In this document: piece after piece, positions 57,968-64,000 of the stretch | Position numbering within the stretch: the stretch's first letter is position 1 | Layout: each line of letters opens with the position of its first letter | IMG/VR virus record: IMGVR_UViG_3300015171_000001 | Location: 93,281 to 157,280 of that record | Length of the DNA: 64,000 nt | Origin: a virus | Direction: 5' to 3' (one strand) | Program-made: the position numbers and the translations under genes | Notes under the pieces: model-generated | Databases searched by the model: none | Told to the model about the DNA's origin: nothing | The model's input: the letters and a program-made list of their open reading frames with translations, nothing else

Positions 57968-59638
57968 ATGTATAAATCTATTTTTTATGATAGACGATCT
58001 CAATTTATTCATATTAACGATGATAAAAAGGGATGGGTTAGATTTCCATATAAAAAATATGCATATAGGTTATGTTCCACTGGGACATATAGAAGTATGT
58101 TTGGTCAGAAATTAGAAAAGATAACAAAAGTAGATCCTAATGAAGAAGGATTATTTGAAAGCGATGTTCCGGTAGAAACTCGAATTTTAGTTGATGGGTA
58201 TTATGAAAGCAATGAATCATCTAAAGGTCATAGTATAATTTATTTTGATATTGAGACAGAAGTTGATAAAGGACTTCCAAATCCACAAAACGCATTACAA
58301 CGAATAACAGCTATATCGTTATATTCGAATAATCTTAAAAAATATTATGCGTTGATTTTGGATGAACATAATAAGTTATCTGAGTTTGAATATCCAAATG
58401 TTGAAATTCTTAGATTTGATAATGAAGAAGATTTGTTATTAGAATTTTTGAAAATTTATAAAATGTGCAAACCAGATATTTTAACTGGGTGGAACAGCGA
58501 TTTTTTTGATATTCCATTTATTTATAATAGATTGGGAAGATTGTTTGGTGACAATAAGGCTAAGGAATTATCTCCATTGGGTATTTGTTATTATAATGAT
58601 TTTAAAAAGAGGATGGTTATTGGGGGAGTTTCTTGTTTAGATTATTTAATTGTGTATAAGAAATTTTCTGGAGAACCTGCACCAAATTACAGATTAGACA
58701 CAATTGCAAAAAAAGTTTTGGGAAGAGGGAAAATACAATATGATGGAAATTTAAATGATCTTTTAGAAAATGATCTAAAGAAATTTTTAGAATATAGCAT
58801 TAATGATACTGAATTATTAGTTGAGATGGATGCGAAGTTGAGTTTTATTCAATTATCAATAGATATTTGTCATTCGGCTCATGTACAATATGAAGATTTT
58901 GGAACATCTTCTAAGATAATGGAAGGAGTTTTATTATGTTTGTTGAAAAATAAAGGATTGGTTGCTCCTAATAAACCTGCACAAAAAGAGGATTATGATT
59001 ATGAAGAGGATGAAGAAAAATTTGCTGGTGCGTATGTTAAAGAACCAATTCCTGGTTTATATGAATGGGTTATTAATGCCGATTTAAATTCTCTATATCC
59101 AAATACTATTAGAACATTAAATATTTCGCCAGAAACAAAAAAAGGAAAGGTTTTAAATTGGAAAGAAATAATAGATGTTAATGAAATTGGGAATTTAAAA
59201 TCTATAAAAGATGAAAGTGAAATTCAATTGCAAATAATTAATACAAAAGAGGTTGTTAAATTAACAAAAGAAAAGTTTCTAAAATTAATAAAATATAAAA
59301 ACTTTTCTGTCAGTGGCAATGGCATTTTATATGATCAAAGTAAAGATGGTTTGTTAAAACAAATTATTAATACTTGGTATTCTTTGAGAAAAGAATATAA
59401 GGCAAAAATGAAAAATGCTATCGAAAATAAAAATAAAGAAGAAGAATCTTTTTGGTCTAGAAGAGAACAGGTTCAAAAGATTTTGCTTAACTCACTTTAT
59501 GGTGTACTTGGACTAAAGTCAGGAAGATTATTTGATTTAGATAATGCTGAAGCAGTAACATTGTCAGCACAATTAATTATAAAAAATAGTTCTGTATTAG
59601 CAAATAATTATTTTGGTAAAATTAAAAGAAATTTGTAA
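57968..59638 (+). CDS. Family B DNA polymerase, N-terminal subunit (3'-5' exonuclease plus motifs A and B)
   Basis: YFDIET, GWNSDFFD, YSIND, DLNSLYPN, KILLNSLYG. Confidence 0.92.
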   Translation: MYKSIFYDRRSQFIHINDDKKGWVRFPYKKYAYRLCSTGTYRSMFGQKLEKITKVDPNEEGLFESDVPVETRILVDGYYESNESSKGHSIIYFDIETEVDKGLPNPQNALQRITAISLYSNNLKKYYALILDEHNKLSEFEYPNVEILRFDNEEDLLLEFLKIYKMCKPDILTGWNSDFFDIPFIYNRLGRLFGDNKAKELSPLGICYYNDFKKRMVIGGVSCLDYLIVYKKFSGEPAPNYRLDTIAKKVLGRGKIQYDGNLNDLLENDLKKFLEYSINDTELLVEMDAKLSFIQLSIDICHSAHVQYEDFGTSSKIMEGVLLCLLKNKGLVAPNKPAQKEDYDYEEDEEKFAGAYVKEPIPGLYEWVINADLNSLYPNTIRTLNISPETKKGKVLNWKEIIDVNEIGNLKSIKDESEIQLQIINTKEVVKLTKEKFLKLIKYKNFSVSGNGILYDQSKDGLLKQIINTWYSLRKEYKAKMKNAIENKNKEEESFWSRREQVQKILLNSLYGVLGLKSGRLFDLDNAEAVTLSAQLIIKNSSVLANNYFGKIKRNL

Positions 59639-60520
59639 ATGAATGATGAAAATATAATATATTGTGATACAGATTCTTTGTATTTATCTACTAATCAATT
59701 ACTTACAGAAGAAAATAAAAAAGACAGAGAATTTTGTAAAAAATACACAGCAAAGTTTTGTCAAGATGTCTCGGAGTATATTAATAATTCATATTTTGAG
59801 TTGACGACAGATATTTTTAATACCAAAGAACATTTTTTAAATATTGAAGCAGATGCCTGTTCGGAAACAGTATTGTGGACTGGAAAAAAGAAATATGCCA
59901 TGAATTTATTTTGTGAATTGAGTAAAAATAAATGGTATGATTCTCCAAAATTAAAGGTTATTGGATTAGATACAAAAAGATCTTCTTTTCCAAAATTATT
60001 TAAGGAATTGATGGAAAAAATTATTTCTAAAATCTTAAATAAAGAAGATAATAATGCAGTTAATATATTAATTGAAGAATATAAAAAAATAGTAAAAACT
60101 TGTGATTATGTTGATTTGTCTAAGAATACTGCGGTCAAGGAGATATCAAAATATGAACAGAGGGATAGAACACCATTTAATACAAAATTCATCAAGAAGA
60201 CCCCTTCTCACGTAAAAGCTGCCATATCTTATAATGACTTCATAAAGTTTAAGAATCTAACAAAAACTTGTGAGTTAATTACCGATGGAGAAAAAATCAA
60301 ATGTCTTTATTTAAAAGACAATCCTTATAAATTAGAAGTTCTCGCCTTTAGGAATGACGGGAAAGATCCAAAAGAATTAATTGAATATATTGAAAAATAT
60401 ATTGATAGAAATAAAACATATGCTTCTGAGATTGAAAATAAAATTGAGTCTTTTTATAATGCAATGAAATGGAAGTTGAAATCTGATAATGAAGATAAAT
60501 TTAATGAATTCTTTTCATAA
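59639..60520 (+). CDS. Family B DNA polymerase, C-terminal subunit (motif C and thumb)
   Basis: IYCDTDSLY, KKKYA, GLDTKRSS, HVKAA, C-terminal clamp-binding-like NEFF. Confidence 0.92.
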   Translation: MNDENIIYCDTDSLYLSTNQLLTEENKKDREFCKKYTAKFCQDVSEYINNSYFELTTDIFNTKEHFLNIEADACSETVLWTGKKKYAMNLFCELSKNKWYDSPKLKVIGLDTKRSSFPKLFKELMEKIISKILNKEDNNAVNILIEEYKKIVKTCDYVDLSKNTAVKEISKYEQRDRTPFNTKFIKKTPSHVKAAISYNDFIKFKNLTKTCELITDGEKIKCLYLKDNPYKLEVLAFRNDGKDPKELIEYIEKYIDRNKTYASEIENKIESFYNAMKWKLKSDNEDKFNEFFS

Positions 60521-60572
60521 AAACATTAAAATAATTTGAAATAAAAAACAAATTGATATATTATTAATAATA

Positions 60573-61301
60573 ATGAAAAAATCAAATATATTAAGATTTA
60601 TATCAAAATACAATTTGTCTACCATTGAACAAGTAAAATTAATTAGTTCAAAAAAAGATAGACAGTTATCTACTTCATTTGTTTCAGATGATAAATCAGT
60701 TTTGGGAAAAGTTCTTTTTAAAGATTTTGATTCAGAAGATTTTCAAGTGGGAATATCTGAAACAGATAGATTAAAATCTCTTCTTTCTGTATTGGAAGAA
60801 GATATTGAGATTTCTTATAAAAAAGAAGGAGATAAGATTACTTCTCTTACATTATCTGATAAAACAACTAATATTGATTATGTAACTTGCGAGGAATGTG
60901 TTATTCCTAAAGTTCCAATTCTTTCTAAAATTCCAGTTTTTGATGTTGAGCTTATTTGTGATAAGGATTTTATTACCAAATTTATAAAAGCTAAAAATGC
61001 ATTACCAGAATCCAATACATTTGCAATTGTTCAGGATGATTCTAAATTAAATATTTATTTGGGGTATTCCTCAAATAATACAAATAGAGTTAAATTAGAA
61101 GTGAAAGGTGTTTCTGGCAAGGACAAAATTCCAAAAACAATTCATTTTTCTTCGAAATATTTTAAGGAAATACTAGTAGCAAATTCCGAAGTAACTGAAT
61201 TTAAATTTTATGTTTCATCAAAGGGATTAGCTAAAGTAGAATTTGAAAAAGATAATTTCTTTTCGGAGTATTTCTTTGTAGAAATAAAAATAGAAGATTA
61301 A
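60573..61301 (+). CDS. Sliding clamp (gp45/PCNA-like)
   Basis: 242 aa two-domain beta-rich protein between polB and the clamp loader, with FSSKYFKEIL...VSSKGLAKVEF. Confidence 0.7.
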   Translation: MKKSNILRFISKYNLSTIEQVKLISSKKDRQLSTSFVSDDKSVLGKVLFKDFDSEDFQVGISETDRLKSLLSVLEEDIEISYKKEGDKITSLTLSDKTTNIDYVTCEECVIPKVPILSKIPVFDVELICDKDFITKFIKAKNALPESNTFAIVQDDSKLNIYLGYSSNNTNRVKLEVKGVSGKDKIPKTIHFSSKYFKEILVANSEVTEFKFYVSSKGLAKVEFEKDNFFSEYFFVEIKIED

Positions 61302-61304
61302 TAT

Positions 61305-61922
61305 ATGGCAAATGACTCGCAAGAATGTATTAAAACTTTTTTAATTGGAGAAGATTTTGACGCTCCATTATTAGAAAAATTCTTAGTTTTTCATAATAAA
61401 GTCGTTGCCGATTCTGATACAGAAGCTATAATTTATATAAATTCTTTTGGAGGAAATATGGATGTATTAAGTTCTATAATTAGTTTAATACAAAGTACGG
61501 ATGTAATTTATCATACTGTAAATATTGGATGTTGTTGTAGTGCAGCATGTCTTTTAGCTGGATTAGGAACAATAAGATGGGCATCTTCTATCAGTACATA
61601 TTTGTTTCACGATTATTTGGTTACTATGAATGGTAATAAAAAACAAATAATGGAAAATATGCAATGGAATGATGAGTTTGCCAAAAAGATGTTTGATGTT
61701 TTTTCAAAAAGAACAAATAAAAATTTGTCTTGGTGGTTAGAAAATGCATATAATAAGAAAACCCATAATTTTTGTTTTGATGCAAAAAAAGCAATTGAAT
61801 TTGGTGTGGCAGATATAATTGGATTGCCAAAAGTAAAAAATCAATTAAATAGTTATATAGAATATCCATCGGGGTTTTTAAATAAATTTCAAAAGAAAAT
61901 AAAAAGTGAGAAGATTAAATAG
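61305..61922 (+). CDS. ClpP-like protease
   Basis: IYINSFGG, GCCCSAA (catalytic Ser position), LFHD, FDAKKAIEFGVAD. Confidence 0.8.
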   Translation: MANDSQECIKTFLIGEDFDAPLLEKFLVFHNKVVADSDTEAIIYINSFGGNMDVLSSIISLIQSTDVIYHTVNIGCCCSAACLLAGLGTIRWASSISTYLFHDYLVTMNGNKKQIMENMQWNDEFAKKMFDVFSKRTNKNLSWWLENAYNKKTHNFCFDAKKAIEFGVADIIGLPKVKNQLNSYIEYPSGFLNKFQKKIKSEKIK

Positions 61923-62070
61923 AAATATTAAATTACGATCTAATGATTTTGGTGCATATAATATAATATCTTATATTAAAGATGCTAAAGTTGATGCGAA
62001 ATTAAGAAGAAGAATTAAATTAACTAGAAAATTTATTTTTGATAGGAATTTGGAAGAGATTAATAAATGA
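61906..62070 (+). CDS. Small basic hypothetical protein (54 aa, not in the ORF track)
   Basis: GTG start MRRLNRNIKLRS...EEINK, filling the gap and ending in an ATGA overlap with the clamp loader. Confidence 0.4.
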   Translation: MRRLNRNIKLRSNDFGAYNIISYIKDAKVDAKLRRRIKLTRKFIFDRNLEEINK

Positions 62071-63017
62071 ATTTTTTTGATGTAAATGTAGATGAAGAAA
62101 ATCCAAAAGAGCAACATTCTTTGTGGGTAGAAAAATATAGACCGACTATATTGGATAATTACTTAGGTAATGAATCCTTTAAAAAGGATCTAAAAAAATT
62201 TATTGATCAGCAAGATATAACTCATATTTTGTTGTGTGGAGCGGCTGGAATTGGTAAAAGCAGTGCTGCAAAATTAATTGTTAAAAATATTAATTGTGAT
62301 TATATAATTATTAATGCATCCGAAGAAAATGGCATTGATATAATTCGCACAAAAGTTAAAAATTTTGCCAGCACAATAGGATTTAAAAAACTAAAAGTTA
62401 TTGTTTTTGAAGAATCAGATGGATTATCTTCCGAAGCCCAAAATTCTTTAAAAGCAATTATAGAAACATATTCAAGTCATACAAGATTTATTTTTACATG
62501 TAATCATATTGAAAAAATTATTCCTCCATTAATAAGCAGATTTGAAATATACAAATTGCAATCGCCAGTAAAAAAAGAAATAGCTCTCCATTTAGTTAAA
62601 ATATTAAAAAATGAAAATGTTACTTTTAATTTAAAAGATATTGGATTAATTGTAGACGCTTACTATCCAGATATTAGAAGTATTATTAAATTTGCTCAGC
62701 AGTCAACATTTAATAATAAGTTAGAAATTAATACTACGGAGATTGTTAATAGTGATATTAAATTAAAATTTTTGGAACTCTTAAAAGTAAACACCGATTT
62801 CAATATTATTCGTCAATTTTTCGCCGATAATAAAGTTAAAGATTTTTCGGAATTTTATTCTTTATTATATGAAAAAATAGATTTGTTTGCTAAAAACAAA
62901 GTTGGTGAAGTTATTTTAATTTTAGCAGATTCTCAATATAAAGAATCATTTGTAGTAGATCGAGAAATTAATTTTTCTTCTTGTATTTATCAAATATTAA
63001 TGGAAATTAATAAATAA
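62067..63017 (+). CDS. Clamp loader AAA+ subunit (gp44/RFC-like)
   Basis: WVEKYRP, GAAGIGKS, INAS, EESD, FTCN, SRF, DIR. Confidence 0.92.
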   Translation: MNFFDVNVDEENPKEQHSLWVEKYRPTILDNYLGNESFKKDLKKFIDQQDITHILLCGAAGIGKSSAAKLIVKNINCDYIIINASEENGIDIIRTKVKNFASTIGFKKLKVIVFEESDGLSSEAQNSLKAIIETYSSHTRFIFTCNHIEKIIPPLISRFEIYKLQSPVKKEIALHLVKILKNENVTFNLKDIGLIVDAYYPDIRSIIKFAQQSTFNNKLEINTTEIVNSDIKLKFLELLKVNTDFNIIRQFFADNKVKDFSEFYSLLYEKIDLFAKNKVGEVILILADSQYKESFVVDREINFSSCIYQILMEINK

Positions 63018-63022
63018 TATTT

Positions 63023-63706
63023 ATGCCACGCACGCTTATTATTTCTGATTTGCATAACAGAGTTGATTGGGTAGAAGATTTTATAAAAAAAATTAATCCT
63101 GATTTCACAGTATTTTTGGGAGATTATTTTGATAGTAAAAATGATAGCAAAGAAATAACTGCTAAAACAGCATATTGGTTAAAGAAATCTATTAAACATA
63201 AAAATAGGTGGCATTTGCTTGGAAATCATGATTTAGCTTATTTCTTTTCACAGAATAAACATATAAGAATAACTCCTGGGTTTACACAATATAATTTAGA
63301 AACCATATCATCCATTTTAACTACAGAAGAAATAGATAATTGTTTTAATTTAGTATGTTTTATTGAAGGATATACACTATCTCATGCGGGATTTTCTCCA
63401 GAATTATTTGATGATAACCCAGATGAAAAAGAAATTGCCAGACAATGTGACGAAGCATTGCTTTTATTAAAAACGGGCCAAATCCCAAAAATAGTAAATT
63501 ATTGGCCAGGATGGAATGGTTGTCAAATAGAAGGATGTTTGATGTGTAGATGGGAAGAATTGGGGATAATTTATAATTTAAAACAAATTGTTGGACATAG
63601 TGTGGGAAAAGATGTAAAATATAATTTCAATAATGTTTGTCTGGACACGGCGAATAAACATTATGGTATAATTGAAAATGGAAAATTAGAAATATATGAA
63701 AGATAA
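63023..63706 (+). CDS. Calcineurin-like metallophosphoesterase
   Basis: SDLH, GDYFD, GNHD, SHAG, VGH, CLDT. Confidence 0.88.
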   Translation: MPRTLIISDLHNRVDWVEDFIKKINPDFTVFLGDYFDSKNDSKEITAKTAYWLKKSIKHKNRWHLLGNHDLAYFFSQNKHIRITPGFTQYNLETISSILTTEEIDNCFNLVCFIEGYTLSHAGFSPELFDDNPDEKEIARQCDEALLLLKTGQIPKIVNYWPGWNGCQIEGCLMCRWEELGIIYNLKQIVGHSVGKDVKYNFNNVCLDTANKHYGIIENGKLEIYER

Positions 63707-63729
63707 TTTAAAGAAAAGGAAACATTTTT

Positions 63730-63843
63730 ATGGAAATTGATTTATATGGGTTGACACAACCAGCAATTATTTTAGTAAATGATAGTGGAACAAAATATAC
63801 TAATCAAACTGCTGGGGTTGCCAACAGTGACTCGATTTTCTAA
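63730..63843 (+). pseudogene. Short ORF, probably interrupted by the downstream IS remnant
   Basis: MEIDLYGLTQPAIILVNDSGTKYTNQTAGV, then an abrupt stop just before TnpB-derived sequence. Confidence 0.35.
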
Positions 63844-64000
63844 ATAAATTAAAGAAAATTAAAATATTTTGACATTTTTTAAGAAGGATGATCTAACTTT
63901 GAAGAATAGGACATATGAATGTGTTAAGTGTGGTAATGTAATTGATAGAGATTACAATGCATCATTAAATTTGAAGAAGTGTGGAGAAGAATTTTTAAAA
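63825..64000 (+). mobile_element. tnpB: Internally deleted TnpB-family (IS200/IS605 or IS607) element remnant
   Basis: 63881-64000 translates [31 protein letters not shown], the C-terminal Zn ribbon plus DRDxNA RuvC-III motif, with no upstream coding part. The left boundary is approximate. Confidence 0.8.

Noticed and set aside
1-64000. tRNA or rRNA genes
   Set aside because: No cloverleaf or T-loop (GTTCGA-type) signatures were recognised in intergenic regions by eye. tRNAscan would be needed to exclude them fully.

Overview
Very AT-rich segment of a large contractile-tailed (T4-superfamily-like, probably jumbo) bacteriophage. Almost all genes are on the + strand and the standard genetic code is used. 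From 1 to about 38 kb is a virion module: tail sheath (5'-truncated), Ser/Gly/Thr-rich fibre-like proteins, a PATR-repeat adhesin-like protein, tail tube, a double-SPRY protein, a glycosyltransferase, two paralogous tail-assembly/hub proteins, tape measure and baseplate genes. An ~18.7 kb insert separates sheath from tube. It contains an AT microsatellite, a nucleotidyltransferase-kinase fusion and four tandem ADP-ribosyltransferase-like paralogs. From about 38 to 64 kb is a replication and metabolism module: PolA-like polymerase, SSB, RecA/UvsX, 5'-3' exonuclease, DnaB/gp41 helicase fractured by a split intein, NrdAB, MoxR-VWA pair, rIIA/rIIB, split PolB, clamp, ClpP-like protein, clamp loader and a phosphoesterase. 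The best candidate for an undescribed system is a set of enzymes and polyproteins sharing an 'MKLKxILxE / LKxIIKEVIxE' tag that looks like a capsid-targeting and protease-maturation signal, suggesting an injected effector arsenal. Other notable items are the gp41-8-like split intein, tail-chaperone short and long forms apparently encoded by gene duplication rather than frameshifting, and a TATTTATA motif a few bases upstream of start codons. All calls come from reading motifs by eye; no database searches were run.
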